Position numbers and translations under genes: made by a program
The notes under the pieces: generated by a model
What the model saw: only the letters and a program-made list of their open reading frames with translations
Told to the model about the DNA's origin: nothing
The model's database searches: none
Assembly: GCA_965224245.1 (NCBI GenBank)
Contig: OZ245046.1
Location: 5,216,001 to 5,280,000, forward strand
Source of the DNA: Candidatus Eiseniibacteriota bacterium
Lineage (GTDB): Bacteria; Eisenbacteria; RBG-16-71-46; CAZAMP01
Direction: 5' to 3'
DNA length: 64,000 bases
In this document: piece after piece, positions 10,107 through 20,717 of the stretch
Layout: the number at the start of each line of letters is the position of its first letter
Position numbering within the stretch: position 1 is the stretch's first letter

Positions 10107-11006
10107 TCAGCCTCCGGGGGCTTCCCGGGCGAGGTACGGGGGACGCCAGGACGCCCTCGGCCCGGACGATCGGAGGAACCACACGAGCCAGGGTACCCCG
10201 ACCCCCGCGCCCACGGCGCCCAGCCACCATGCGGCGCGGAAGCTCTCGAGGGAGTCGGTCCTGGGCAGGTAGGCGTCGGCGGCGATCAGCACCAGAACGA
10301 GTGCGTTGTTGCCGGCGTGTACGAGCATGGGCACACGCAACGAGCGCGTGCGAGCGTAGAGCACGACCTGCACGAGGCCGAACGCGAACCCCCCGATCAT
10401 GTCGGCGTGCAGGACGGCGAACGTGGCCGCGGAGCCGAAGATCCCCACGTCCGGTCCGTACCGATGGGTCCACCGGGTGAAGACGACACCGCGGAAGACG
10501 AGCTCTTCGACGACGGGAGCCAGCACCACGAGCAGGACCGCGTTCGCGACCGCGATCAGGGGTCTGCCGGCCGGAAAGAGATCCGGGTCATCGAGGAGAA
10601 ACGACTCGACGAAGCCCGGGAACGGGAACGAGAGCGGCACGTAGCAGAGGAACACACCCGCCAGCGACAGCGCCACGAGCGGCAAGACGGTGCCCAGCGC
10701 CACGCGCGCGCTCGCACGATCGACCGGAGGACCGACGAGCCGGTTCAGCTGAACGCCGTACGTGTGAGCGACCCCCGAGAGCAGCACCCCGAGCACGGCG
10801 TACCCGATCGCCTGCGCGAACGGGTCGTCGAGGGCTGCCGGGATCGCGACCCCGAGCGCGCGCTCGCTGATCGCGGACACGAGCGTGAGGGCGAGCCAGG
10901 TGGCGAGGCCCGCGAGCAGTGCGATCAGAAGACACAGACGCGCGGTCAGCCGGTCGAATGGATTCGCGGTCGACACGCGGCGTCCCTTCGCGGTGGAGGT
11001 CCACAA
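10107..11006 (-). CDS. CPBP (CAAX protease/Abi) intramembrane metalloprotease
   Basis: Multiple transmembrane segments, EELVFRG, FAVLH, HAGNN. Confidence 0.88.
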   Translation of the reverse strand: MWTSTAKGRRVSTANPFDRLTARLCLLIALLAGLATWLALTLVSAISERALGVAIPAALDDPFAQAIGYAVLGVLLSGVAHTYGVQLNRLVGPPVDRASARVALGTVLPLVALSLAGVFLCYVPLSFPFPGFVESFLLDDPDLFPAGRPLIAVANAVLLVVLAPVVEELVFRGVVFTRWTHRYGPDVGIFGSAATFAVLHADMIGGFAFGLVQVVLYARTRSLRVPMLVHAGNNALVLVLIAADAYLPRTDSLESFRAAWWLGAVGAGVGVPWLVWFLRSSGPRASWRPPYLAREAPGG

Positions 11007-11149
11007 GTGGTGGATGTTCAGTGACTTGTGGATCTCCCGGGGCGAGGATGATGAGCGAGCTGCGTGATGCTACCACAACTCACGCTCTACACCGGTAGAT
11101 GACCACATCGAGACGGACGAACGGCGACGGACGACCAGGAGGTATCGAG

Positions 11150-11878
11150 GTGGGCAAGGTGAGCGCGCTCGACTACGCGTTGATGGCCAACGCGGTGTAC
11201 GAGAATGACCAGGCCAGCGCGGCCGTGGCCGGCTGGAGCGTCGGCTCGTTCTACGAGGGACGGTCGTGGGGCGGCCTGAAGGCCGATGGGTTCCAGGGGT
11301 GCTTCTACGTCCGCGAGTCCACCAAGGAAGTGGTGGTGGCCTTCCGCGGCACGCAGCCGACGAGCTTCAACGATCTCACGGCCGACCTGAAGATCGCGAT
11401 CGGACTCCTGCCCAATCAGTGCAGCTCGGCGTGGCGGCTCTTCGAGCAGACGCTCGAGCAGTACGCATCGTACGACATCACGCTGACCGGGCACTCCCTC
11501 GGAGGTGCGCTGGCCCAGGTGGTCGGTCACTGGAGCGGCCGCCCGTTCTGCACCTTCAACGCGCCGGGCATGTGGGGCGACATCCAGAAGTCGAAGATCA
11601 ACGTGCTCGCGCCCCAGAAGATGTGGCGGTCGCTCAAGGGAACGTTCATCGGCTCCGCGACCGCGAAGCAGTCGGCGAACACGGGGCGGAACTTCCGGAA
11701 CATTCTCGATCCGGTCAGCGCCTACGGCATGCACTACGGGCCGGTCACACGGTTCTACAACGCGGGCGTGCACTCGATGTCGGACATGGTCGAGTACGTC
11801 CGCCGCTCCCGGTGGGCCGACAAGAACCCCTTCGCGCACCGGGAGTGGGGCGAGCTGGGTAGCGGCAAGAAGCTGTGA
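11150..11878 (+). CDS. Class-3/DUF2974-like lipase
   Basis: AGGAGG RBS with GTG at 11150. VVVAFRGT, TGHSLGGALAQ, TFNAPG, DPVS, late HS. Confidence 0.85.
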   Translation: MGKVSALDYALMANAVYENDQASAAVAGWSVGSFYEGRSWGGLKADGFQGCFYVRESTKEVVVAFRGTQPTSFNDLTADLKIAIGLLPNQCSSAWRLFEQTLEQYASYDITLTGHSLGGALAQVVGHWSGRPFCTFNAPGMWGDIQKSKINVLAPQKMWRSLKGTFIGSATAKQSANTGRNFRNILDPVSAYGMHYGPVTRFYNAGVHSMSDMVEYVRRSRWADKNPFAHREWGELGSGKKL

Positions 11879-12820
11879 CGAGACGAAGGAAGATCGGCGA
11901 GCTCGGCTCGGTGGTGGGGGCCAACCGTCCAGCTGGGCCGAGCCCGCCTCGGGCATGTATGTGGGCTCGGAGGTGCCGGCGGGCGCCGGTGAAGGCGCGT
12001 CGCGCCGTGTGAGGCGCAACCGCGTCATCCCGGCGGCGGGCGCCTCTTCGCACTCTCCGAGCCCGAACGCTCCGATCCGATCACCACAGGGGCTCGTGCC
12101 TGGCAAGCACGGCGAGTCGGCACTTGGAGCGTGTATCCCTCCGGTGTCCTGTCCCGCGACCAATAGGCGACGGCACAGCCGATGAGCGCGAGATCGGTGG
12201 CTTCTCGCAATCGGGCTGCACCGTCGCCACACCTGTCGAGCTCACCCCGAGCACGCGTCGACGGGGTGGTCTCCCACGACTTCGACGAACTCGTCGTGGC
12301 ACGCGACGTTGTCCCGAGGGACGCGGTCCCGGACGACGAGTTCGCCGTGAAGCAACCTCGACTGCGCCCGTCATGACGAGGTTGCGTTCAATCGAACGAG
12401 GGCGCGACCCTCTCCGAGCGATCGGGCACGCCGATCGGGACGACCCCTTCGGGTCGTGACGATCACTGACGACCGCCACCGCGATCCGAAAGCGTGGCCA
12501 CGAGCCCCAGGCTCGTTCCCATGACGTCGAGGGAACCGATCCGGTGCCCGTGACCCCGTGGGGTCGCTCGGGGTGCTCGGCGCGGCGGAGCCCATGCCGC
12601 ATGGAGCGTCTCGCCGGACGGATCCGCCTCTGGTGGATCGCGGTGGCGTCGGGGCGGAGACGACCTATGGCACTATGGTCCGACTCCGCTCACGGGACCC
12701 ATCGTGACCCCGGGCAACCGAGCCACGCCATGATGCGTTTGCATCATTTGCCGCTCGCACCACGCGGCCGGGGAGGTACCGCCGAGGCGTGATGGCGCCC
12801 CACGTTCCGGCCCCGATCCG

Positions 12821-15016
12821 TCAGCGACGCGAGAGCTTTCGCACCAGCGTGCCCCGATCGGACGTCGCGCGGAGGAAGTAGACGCCGCTCGGCACGTCGG
12901 ACGCCAGCGTGTCCCATCGGAACTCGGCACGTCCGTTCACGACCGGAACGTCGCCGAGCCGCGCCACGAGCCGGCCGCTCACGTCGTGCAGCGAGAACGC
13001 GGCGCGCGAGGCCCCCGGCAGCCCGAGCGTGATCGTGGCCGACCGGTGGACCGGATTGGGCGCCACCGTCAGCGAGCTCATCGCCTCGACGACCGTCGGG
13101 GCCGTGGCCACGATGTCGCCGGTGACCTCTTCGGTCAGCCAGGCCGCGCTCTCGGGGGAGATGAAGATGTGCTCCTCGTTCGCGTCGGGCACGAAGCAGC
13201 GCACGAACGGCGTCGAGGCGCCGGTCACGTCCATGAACGGATCGTCGGTCTCGAGGCCGAGCGCGCTCACGGTAGGAATGAAGCAGTGACTCGGATGAAG
13301 CGCGACGATGTCGCCGAACGGAGCCGACACGGCGTCCATCTGCGCCATGCTGGGGCGAAGCCCGCCCGGCGCGTTGTCCCAGGGGCTGGTGCCGGACACG
13401 GTGACGTTCTGGACCTCCGCCGGGAGCCCGAGGATGTCGAGGAGGCCCGCGAAGATCAGCTGCGACGAGCCGTCGGGCAGCGCCCAGACGTTGCCGGTCA
13501 GGTCCACCAGGAAGCTGGAGTACTCCCAGCGGATGATCTGTGCGCCGGGACCGTAGCCCTGATCGGCGCCGATGCCACTTCCGTTCGAGACGCACACGAG
13601 CCGCGGCCCGGAGGGATAGTCCCCGAGCGCGGCCAGCTCGGCGACGAGCACATCGCGAAGCGGATCGGGCTCGCCGGTGGTTCCCGCCGGGCTCGTGTGG
13701 TGGTAGCGCAGCATCTGCCGCGCACCCGGTGAGTCGAGCGACTCGAGGAAGGATGCCGCGTCCGCCGAGTCGTCGGCGAAGAAGGCCACCCAGTACTGGA
13801 TGCCGAGCGGGATGTTCGCGCCGGTCTGCGGAGCGTCGAACGAGATGAACGTGCGCACGTTCGCGTCGAGGTCGTTCGCCTCCATGTAGGCCAGCGCATA
13901 GCGACAGCAGAGCCCGCCCATGCTCGCCCCGACGAGGACGAGATCCTGGTCCGGCGCGATCACTGCGTTCACCTGGGCCAGGAGCTCCATGACCAGATAC
14001 GCGTTTCGCTGGATGTAGGTCGTGGGTGACACGAAGTCGAGGACCACCGCGTCGTAGCCGAGCGCCCGCAGCGACTCCAGCAGATTCTCCTGGTTCAGCA
14101 GGAGGTACAGGTCGTCCCAGTCGAGGTTGTCCTCGAGATCGAAGCCCTCGATCACGACGATCGGGTTCGTGATCTCGGTGTGACCCTCGGCGAGGTATAC
14201 GTAGGCGTCACCCGACGCGACGTCGCCCGCGTACGCGACCGTGCCGGTGACCGACAGGGTATCGTCGGGCAGGGGCACCCCGAGGCGCGTGACCTCGAAC
14301 GTGAACGACGCGTCGCGCTCGACGCCGCTCGCCGTGGTGTGTCGGACTCGCACGTGGCGAGTGCCGGGGTGCGTGTAACGGGCCACGACCGAGCGACCGG
14401 GGCTCAGCGCCCGGAACCCGAGGCCGTCGCCGGGATCGATCCGGACCGACTCGATCGGATCGTCGGCGTTGGTCGCGATGAGCCGCGGATCGAGAACGAA
14501 CCGTACGGCCTCGCCGCCGCTCGTCGCGTCGCACGTGGCCGCGGCGGCGAACGCGTGTCCCGACACGACGTCTGCCCCGGACGCCGCCACGTGTCCGGCT
14601 CCGTCCGTCACGATATCGCCCGATGCCACACGCGACGGATCGAGTCGGTCGTAGATCACGTCGAGGATCGCGACCGGCACGTCACCGCGTCGCTCGTGCT
14701 CGCGTGCGATCGCTCGCATCTCGTCACGCGATCGCCAGGGAACCGGGCCCGTCGCCGCGCGCTCGAGCTGATGGCGCATCTGCTGGAGCACACCGTACGT
14801 GATCGGCGTCTCGCCCGGTCGTCCGGTTTGCTCGGCCAGGTCGACGATGGGCAGCGCGCGATCGGCCAGGATCCCCGACGGAACGGCGCTCGCCGGAACG
14901 TGCTCGAGCGCGTCGTGCAGGGCGTCGCCGGCCGAGGCGTGGGCGCCGAGCCCGACGCCGGAGACGGCGAGGACGCCGAGCATCATCAGAGCGCGGCTGA
15001 TCGAGTGGCGAGACAT
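12821..15016 (-). CDS. Secreted alpha/beta-hydrolase-fold protein with C-terminal FlgD-Ig/T9SS-like domain
   Basis: Signal peptide, NPIVVIEGFD, GASMGG, SFDAPQTGANIP, C-terminal APNP..DVSGRLV..SGVYFLR. Confidence 0.82.
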   Translation of the reverse strand: MSRHSISRALMMLGVLAVSGVGLGAHASAGDALHDALEHVPASAVPSGILADRALPIVDLAEQTGRPGETPITYGVLQQMRHQLERAATGPVPWRSRDEMRAIAREHERRGDVPVAILDVIYDRLDPSRVASGDIVTDGAGHVAASGADVVSGHAFAAAATCDATSGGEAVRFVLDPRLIATNADDPIESVRIDPGDGLGFRALSPGRSVVARYTHPGTRHVRVRHTTASGVERDASFTFEVTRLGVPLPDDTLSVTGTVAYAGDVASGDAYVYLAEGHTEITNPIVVIEGFDLEDNLDWDDLYLLLNQENLLESLRALGYDAVVLDFVSPTTYIQRNAYLVMELLAQVNAVIAPDQDLVLVGASMGGLCCRYALAYMEANDLDANVRTFISFDAPQTGANIPLGIQYWVAFFADDSADAASFLESLDSPGARQMLRYHHTSPAGTTGEPDPLRDVLVAELAALGDYPSGPRLVCVSNGSGIGADQGYGPGAQIIRWEYSSFLVDLTGNVWALPDGSSQLIFAGLLDILGLPAEVQNVTVSGTSPWDNAPGGLRPSMAQMDAVSAPFGDIVALHPSHCFIPTVSALGLETDDPFMDVTGASTPFVRCFVPDANEEHIFISPESAAWLTEEVTGDIVATAPTVVEAMSSLTVAPNPVHRSATITLGLPGASRAAFSLHDVSGRLVARLGDVPVVNGRAEFRWDTLASDVPSGVYFLRATSDRGTLVRKLSRR

Positions 15017-15168
15017 GCAGACCTCCGATTCGACGTCAGACCGGATGCCGGGGCGGCGGGCGGAACGTGCGGCGTCCGGTCGTGATGAGATGGTGCGAGC
15101 CCGGCGCGTGCGATGACGTGGAGAATCGTGCCCGACGGAAGCGGTTCGCGTCAATCGGCGCCGGAGTC

Positions 15169-16479
15169 TCAGGAGTCGCCGGAGTCGCCGGAGGCTCCGG
15201 TGGCGCCCGCGGCGATGGCCGCGTTCGACGCGGCGCGGAGGCCCGACGCGACGTCCGCTCCGGTGGGCAGCTGGAACACGCGCAGGCCGAACTCCGGAAT
15301 CACCGCGATCAGATGATCGAAGATGTCGGCCTGAATGTCCTCGTAGTTCGCCCAGCGCTGGTCCTTGGAGAAGACGTAGATCTCGATGGGGATGCCGCGC
15401 TCGGTGGGCGGCAGCTGGCGGACGAGAAACGTCAGGTCCGGGTGGACCTCCGGGTGCGCACGGAGATAGGCCTCCACGTAGTGCCGGAACGTGCCCAGAT
15501 TCGTCAGCCGGCGGCCGTTGATGATCTCGTCGTCGTCACCGAAGCCGCGCTCGGCGTTCCACGCGGCGATCTCGTCGAGCTTGCGGTCGATGTAGTCGTT
15601 CAGGAGCGAGAAGCGTCGCCAGCGTTCGATGGTGTCGGTGTCGGCGATGCGCACGGTGGTCATGTCGATCGCGATCGAACGCTTGATCCGCCGCCCCCCG
15701 GACTCGGACATCCCGCGCCAGTTCTTGAACGACTCGCTGACCAGGGCATACGAAGGGATGCTGCTGATCGTCTTGTCCCAGTTCTGAACCTTGACGGTGG
15801 TCAGCGAGACGTCGATCACGTCGCCGTCGGCGTCGTACCTGGGCATCGAGATCCAGTCGCCCACCATCACCAGGTTGTTGGCCGAGATCTGGATGCCGGC
15901 CACGAGTCCCAGGATGGAGTCCTTGAAGATCAGCATCAGGACCGCGGTCAGCGCCCCCAGACCGCTCAGGAACGCGATCGGTGACTGTCCGAGGACCTTG
16001 GAGAGCACGATGACGGCGATGATGAAGAACGCGATGATCTTCACGAAGTCGAGGACGGTCTTGGCGGGGAAGCGCTGGGCGATCGGGTACTGACGGTAGA
16101 TGATCAGCATCGCGTTGAGGGTCGCGTTCACCACCATCGCGCCCACGACGAGCATGTAGATCTGGGTGCCGCGGAGGACGAGATCGACGACGCGCGGGAG
16201 GTCGAAGAGCGCAAGAGGCGCCAGAAGCTGGACGATGATCGCGGGGGCGAGGTGGGCCAGGTGCCGGAACACGCCCTGGCCGACGAGCGTGTCGTCCCAG
16301 TCGGTCTTCGAGTGCTTCGCCAGGCCGACCACCGACCGGAGCAGGAGCCGGCGCGCGACGGCGTCCACAATCCAGGCCAGGATCGCGACGCCGAGGCACA
16401 GCACCACGTGAACCGTTCCCCGGGCCATGGTGTCGCTGAGTCCCTGCTGGATCAGCCAGCTCTGGGCGGTATCGAGCAT
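15169..16479 (-). CDS. ybdG: MscS-family mechanosensitive channel (YbdG/MscM-like)
   Basis: FKDSILGLVAGIQ, GDWISMPRYDADG, VQNWDKT, SFKNWRGMSESGGRRIKRS. Confidence 0.9.
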   Translation of the reverse strand: MLDTAQSWLIQQGLSDTMARGTVHVVLCLGVAILAWIVDAVARRLLLRSVVGLAKHSKTDWDDTLVGQGVFRHLAHLAPAIIVQLLAPLALFDLPRVVDLVLRGTQIYMLVVGAMVVNATLNAMLIIYRQYPIAQRFPAKTVLDFVKIIAFFIIAVIVLSKVLGQSPIAFLSGLGALTAVLMLIFKDSILGLVAGIQISANNLVMVGDWISMPRYDADGDVIDVSLTTVKVQNWDKTISSIPSYALVSESFKNWRGMSESGGRRIKRSIAIDMTTVRIADTDTIERWRRFSLLNDYIDRKLDEIAAWNAERGFGDDDEIINGRRLTNLGTFRHYVEAYLRAHPEVHPDLTFLVRQLPPTERGIPIEIYVFSKDQRWANYEDIQADIFDHLIAVIPEFGLRVFQLPTGADVASGLRAASNAAIAAGATGASGDSGDS

Positions 16480-16679
16480 GCGTGACGTCTCCGGGTTCCT
16501 GGTGAGAAGAGCCGACCATTCTGCCGATCCGGGTGGCGCGCGACAACCCCGCAGCCCACACCGCGCGCGAATCGCGCACGCATCGCGGTCGTGTATACTG
16601 CCACGCGGTTCGTTCGACCGTCCGTTTCGGGGGGTGTCCCGCGTGCTGGGGGCTCCGTCCCGGGTCCGAGTGGAGTCGC

Positions 16680-17735
16680 ATGGCGAAGCCCCCGTCCACG
16701 CACGCGTACTGCCCGAACTGCGGCAACGAGATCCTGGATCGGCGATACTGCGCCGAGTGCGGTCAGGAGAACGTCGCCGACGTCTATTCCGTTCGCGACA
16801 TGTTCCGGAGCGTCCTCGACGAGGCCCTGTCGCTGGACTCCAAGGTGGTCCGGAGCATGGTCCCGCTGCTCGTCAAGCCCGGCTTTCTGACCAACCAGTA
16901 CGTCGCGGGTCGCCGGGCGCACTTCGTGCGCCCACTGCGTCTCTATCTCGTGTCGAGCCTCCTGTTCTTCCTCGTGCTCTCGCTGACGAGCCAGGACAGC
17001 GGCATCCTGACGCTGGGATCGGCCGGCTCCCCCGAGGAGGAGGCCGCGCGCGACGCGCGGGCGGATTCGCTGGCCGCCGCGGTCGCGGACTCGCTGCGCG
17101 CCGAGGGGATCGTGGTCGCCGCCGACCAAGACGAGACGATCGGCGAGATCCTCGGCTCCACGGACCGCGCCGCGCCGCGGGCGGACCGGCCGGACTCGTT
17201 CCTCGCCGACTCCACGCACACCGGCGCGAGCACCGACGACGACGGCACCGACGACGACAACCTGACGGTCGACATCGGTGACGCGGGTGACATCCCGCTG
17301 ATCGGCGCGCACATGGTCGCTCAGAAGGAGAGGATCGAGTCCTTGACCGTGGACGAGCTGCAGACCGCCTTCGGGCGCACGTTCCGCCGCCACCTGCCGA
17401 AGACGGTGTTCGTGCTGGTGCCCGTGTTCGCGCTGATCCTGAAGCTCCTGTACGTGCGGCGCCGGCGCTACTACATCGAGCACCTGGTGTTCGCGTTCCA
17501 CGTGCATGCGTTCCTGTTCCTGATCTTCACCCTGATGGTCGTGAACCCCTGGACGCCGCTGGACGTCCTGCTGCTGATCTCGACGGTGGTCTATCTGTTC
17601 GTCGCGATACGCCGCGTGTACCGTCAGTCGTGGCCGAAGACGGTCCTCAAGTTCGTGATCCTGCAGAGCGCGTATCAGTCGGCGCTCGCGATGGCCCTGA
17701 TCCTGACCGCGCTGGTCACGGCGCTCACGATATGA
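16680..17735 (+). CDS. DUF3667 domain membrane protein
   Basis: N-terminal CPNCG..YCAECGQ, KPGFLT..YVAGRR..VRPLRLYL, YYIEHLVFAFH. Confidence 0.85.
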   Translation: MAKPPSTHAYCPNCGNEILDRRYCAECGQENVADVYSVRDMFRSVLDEALSLDSKVVRSMVPLLVKPGFLTNQYVAGRRAHFVRPLRLYLVSSLLFFLVLSLTSQDSGILTLGSAGSPEEEAARDARADSLAAAVADSLRAEGIVVAADQDETIGEILGSTDRAAPRADRPDSFLADSTHTGASTDDDGTDDDNLTVDIGDAGDIPLIGAHMVAQKERIESLTVDELQTAFGRTFRRHLPKTVFVLVPVFALILKLLYVRRRRYYIEHLVFAFHVHAFLFLIFTLMVVNPWTPLDVLLLISTVVYLFVAIRRVYRQSWPKTVLKFVILQSAYQSALAMALILTALVTALTI

Positions 17736-18490
17736 GACCCGACGCGGCGCCGGGGAGTCGCGGCCTCTCGCTGTCACCGCGGCTGGCGGCGATCGTGGAC
17801 CTCGTCCCCGATTCCGGCTCGGTGGCCGACGTGGGCTGCGATCACGCGCACGTCGCGATCGCCCTGGCCGCCCGCGGTCACCGGCACGTGATCGCGTGCG
17901 ATCGGGCCGAGGGGGCGCTCGCGATGGGACGAGAGCAGGCGCGCCGGTTCGGGATCTCCGGGATCGACTTTCGGCTGGGCGACGGGCTCGAGCCGCTGCG
18001 GCGCGGCGAGGTCGAGATCCTCCTCCTGGCGGGTGTCGGACATCTCACGATCCTGAACGTGCTGGGGCGCGCGCCCGCCGATGCGCTGGGCGCGAGACGC
18101 CTCGTCGTGCAGCCGACGACGGCGATTCCCCTCGTCCGGCGCGATCTCGGGCGGCGTGGTTGGCGATGCGTGGACGAGACCCTGGTTCGCGACCGGGGAC
18201 GGTTCCACTGGACGCTCGCGTACGAGCGGGATCCGTCGATGGCCGGGGCGGATCTCCCGTGGGACGATGATCCCTACACCGTGCGCGAGTGGGCGGTGGG
18301 CGAGGTCGTCGGTGAGTCGACGCACGAGATCTACGCCGCGTGGCTGGGCGCCGAGCGCACGCGCGTGAGCACGTGCCTTCTCAGAATCGCCAACGGGCGG
18401 GCGCCCGAAACTAATCGCAACCGGTTTCTGGCCTACCGGCGTATCCTGGACGCGGAAGTGTCCCGTCAGCAAGCGGAGGCCCGAACGTGA
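17732..18490 (+). CDS. trmK: tRNA (adenine(22)-N1)-methyltransferase TrmK-like
   Basis: LSPRLAAI, VADVGCDHAH, RLGDGL, AGVG, LVVQP. ATGA overlap with the upstream stop. Confidence 0.8.
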   Translation: MRPDAAPGSRGLSLSPRLAAIVDLVPDSGSVADVGCDHAHVAIALAARGHRHVIACDRAEGALAMGREQARRFGISGIDFRLGDGLEPLRRGEVEILLLAGVGHLTILNVLGRAPADALGARRLVVQPTTAIPLVRRDLGRRGWRCVDETLVRDRGRFHWTLAYERDPSMAGADLPWDDDPYTVREWAVGEVVGESTHEIYAAWLGAERTRVSTCLLRIANGRAPETNRNRFLAYRRILDAEVSRQQAEART

Positions 18491-19554
18491 ACTACGACTC
18501 CTGGATGCGCCCGCTCCTGTTCCGGCTTCCGCCGGAGAGGGCGCACGAGGTCGCGATGTCGTGTCTCTCGCTCGGCGCGTCGCTGCCCGGCGTCCGGTCG
18601 TGGCTGGCCAGCCTGTGCGATGCCGAGTGGCTCGACACCGAGGTGGAGGCGTTCGGGCTCCGGTTCCGGAACCCCGTCGGCCTGGCCGCGGGCTTCGACA
18701 AGAACGGACGACACCTGCACCTGATCGACCTGATGGGGTTCGGCTTCATGGAGGTCGGATCCGTCACCGCGAAGCCGACCATGGGCAACCCCAAGCCGCG
18801 GTTGTTTCGCCTCGCGTCCGACGGCGCGCTGATCAATCGCATGGGGCTGAACAACGACGGGGCACAGGCGATTGCGGCCAGGCTACGCGCTCGCGACACC
18901 GCGCCGCGGGGGCCCGTCTTCGTGAACGTCGCGCGGACGCCGTCCGTGGTCCTCGACGAGTCGGCCGGCGTGGACGACTACGTCGAGTCGGTCGTGCACG
19001 TCCGGTCGGTGGCCGACGCGGTCGTGCTCAACGTGAGCTGCCCGAACACCGGTGATGGACGCACCTTCGAGGAGCCCGGCGCGCTGGATCGCCTTCTGGG
19101 GGCGGTACGCGCGGTCCTCACGGCCGAGGATCGCCCCCCGCTTCTGGTGAAGATCTCCTCGGACGTCGACGACGCCGCGATCAGCGAGATCGTCAACGTC
19201 CTCGGACGGCACGCGATCGCCGGCATCGTGGCCGTCAACACCACGGTGGATCGTTCGGGACTGAAGCACGCCGACGCGGCCGCTCTGGAGGGCATCGGCC
19301 CCGGCGGGCTCAGCGGCGCCCCGCTTCACGAGCGCGCCCTCGGGACGGTTGCCCGGCTCCACGAGCTGACGTCGGGCACGCTGCCCATCATCGGCGTCGG
19401 CGGCATCGTGGACGCCGCCGGCGCGCGCGCGATGTTCGACGCGGGCGCGACGCTGATCGAGCTGTACACCGGTCTCGTCTACGAGGGCCCTCGCGTCGTC
19501 CGCCGGATCATGACCGGCCTGAAGGCCCGTGCCGCGGAGGTCGTCGCGACCTGA
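18487..19554 (+). CDS. pyrD: Quinone-dependent dihydroorotate dehydrogenase
   Basis: NPVGLAAGFDKNG, GNPKPRLFRL, INRMGLNN, NVSCPNT, GGLSG. Confidence 0.95.
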   Translation: MNYDSWMRPLLFRLPPERAHEVAMSCLSLGASLPGVRSWLASLCDAEWLDTEVEAFGLRFRNPVGLAAGFDKNGRHLHLIDLMGFGFMEVGSVTAKPTMGNPKPRLFRLASDGALINRMGLNNDGAQAIAARLRARDTAPRGPVFVNVARTPSVVLDESAGVDDYVESVVHVRSVADAVVLNVSCPNTGDGRTFEEPGALDRLLGAVRAVLTAEDRPPLLVKISSDVDDAAISEIVNVLGRHAIAGIVAVNTTVDRSGLKHADAAALEGIGPGGLSGAPLHERALGTVARLHELTSGTLPIIGVGGIVDAAGARAMFDAGATLIELYTGLVYEGPRVVRRIMTGLKARAAEVVAT

Positions 19555-19604
19555 CGGACCCGGCGCTCGACGTCGGACACGACGACAGGCGATCCCGGGG
19601 AAGC

Positions 19605-20627
19605 CTAGGCGTCGCGCTCGCGCCCGAGCCGGGCCACCAGGGTCGTGGCCAGCACCCCCGCCAGCACGAGGCCGACGGCGCCGGCGGCCTCGAACGTGCC
19701 GGGGCGGAAGAACGCGGTGGGATAGTCCTCTCGATCGAACTCGTGGAGGGTCTCGGCCGTGACCACGCGGCCCTTGATGATCGTCTCCCCGAGCGTGGGC
19801 TCGAGCGTCTCCTGAAACGGCCAGAGGCCCACCACTGCACCCACGAGGAGGCCCAGCAGCACGCCGAGTGTGGGCCCGGCGTGACGGGCGAGAAGCCACT
19901 TCAAGAGATTGCTGATCCCCACCACGCCGACGACGACCCCGAGCCCGACCGGCAGCACGACCCGGAGCCCCACGTCCAGGATCGCACCGGCATCGCGGGC
20001 CTCCAGCGCGAGCTTGAACGCGTCGACTCCCGAGAGGATCGGGATGTACATGCCCATCACGAGGAGCAGGTATCCGCCCGAGACGCCGGGCAGGATCATC
20101 GCGCTCGCACCGGCCACGCCGGCGAGTGCGAACATGATCCAGCCGGCCTCGGCCCCGCCGGCCGCCGCGGCGCCACGCTGCTGGGCCAGCGCGAGGAGGG
20201 CCATCCCGACGAACCCGACGGCCGCACCCGCCCACACGCGGCCGTCGACCGGGGCCGCGAGTCGCCAGACGACCGGAACGCCGCCCAGCGTCAGGCCGAT
20301 GAAGAGGCTGTACATGACCCAGCGGTGGTCGACGACCAGGTCCTTGATGATGCCCGCGCCGAGCAGCACCGCGACCATCGCGGCCAGCACGACCGAACCG
20401 AGGACGACGAGCGATGGCCGGTTGAGCCGGAGCGTCGTGACGTCGGCCACCGCCTGGATGAAGCGCGGATACACGCCGGCGGCCAGGAGCATCGTGCCCC
20501 CGCTGATCCCGGGCACCAGGTTCGCGAGTCCCATCAGGACGCCGCCGACCGACCCGCGAGCGGCGAGGGCCGGCAGCGCGATCGACGCCGCGTCGCGGTC
20601 GGGCGTGGCGGGTCGGGGAACGGACAC
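19605..20627 (-). CDS. DUF368 membrane protein (undecaprenyl-phosphate translocase family)
   Basis: MGLANLVPGISGGT and SAMILPGVSGG repeats, followed by WPF. Confidence 0.9.
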   Translation of the reverse strand: MSVPRPATPDRDAASIALPALAARGSVGGVLMGLANLVPGISGGTMLLAAGVYPRFIQAVADVTTLRLNRPSLVVLGSVVLAAMVAVLLGAGIIKDLVVDHRWVMYSLFIGLTLGGVPVVWRLAAPVDGRVWAGAAVGFVGMALLALAQQRGAAAAGGAEAGWIMFALAGVAGASAMILPGVSGGYLLLVMGMYIPILSGVDAFKLALEARDAGAILDVGLRVVLPVGLGVVVGVVGISNLLKWLLARHAGPTLGVLLGLLVGAVVGLWPFQETLEPTLGETIIKGRVVTAETLHEFDREDYPTAFFRPGTFEAAGAVGLVLAGVLATTLVARLGRERDA

Positions 20628-20717
20628 GGTCAGCCTCCGGTCGGGTTGGTGACGTCGGGACGGGTCTCGGGTGTGCGCGTGACGATCGAGATGGTCGATC
20701 GACCCTGCTCGTTTACC

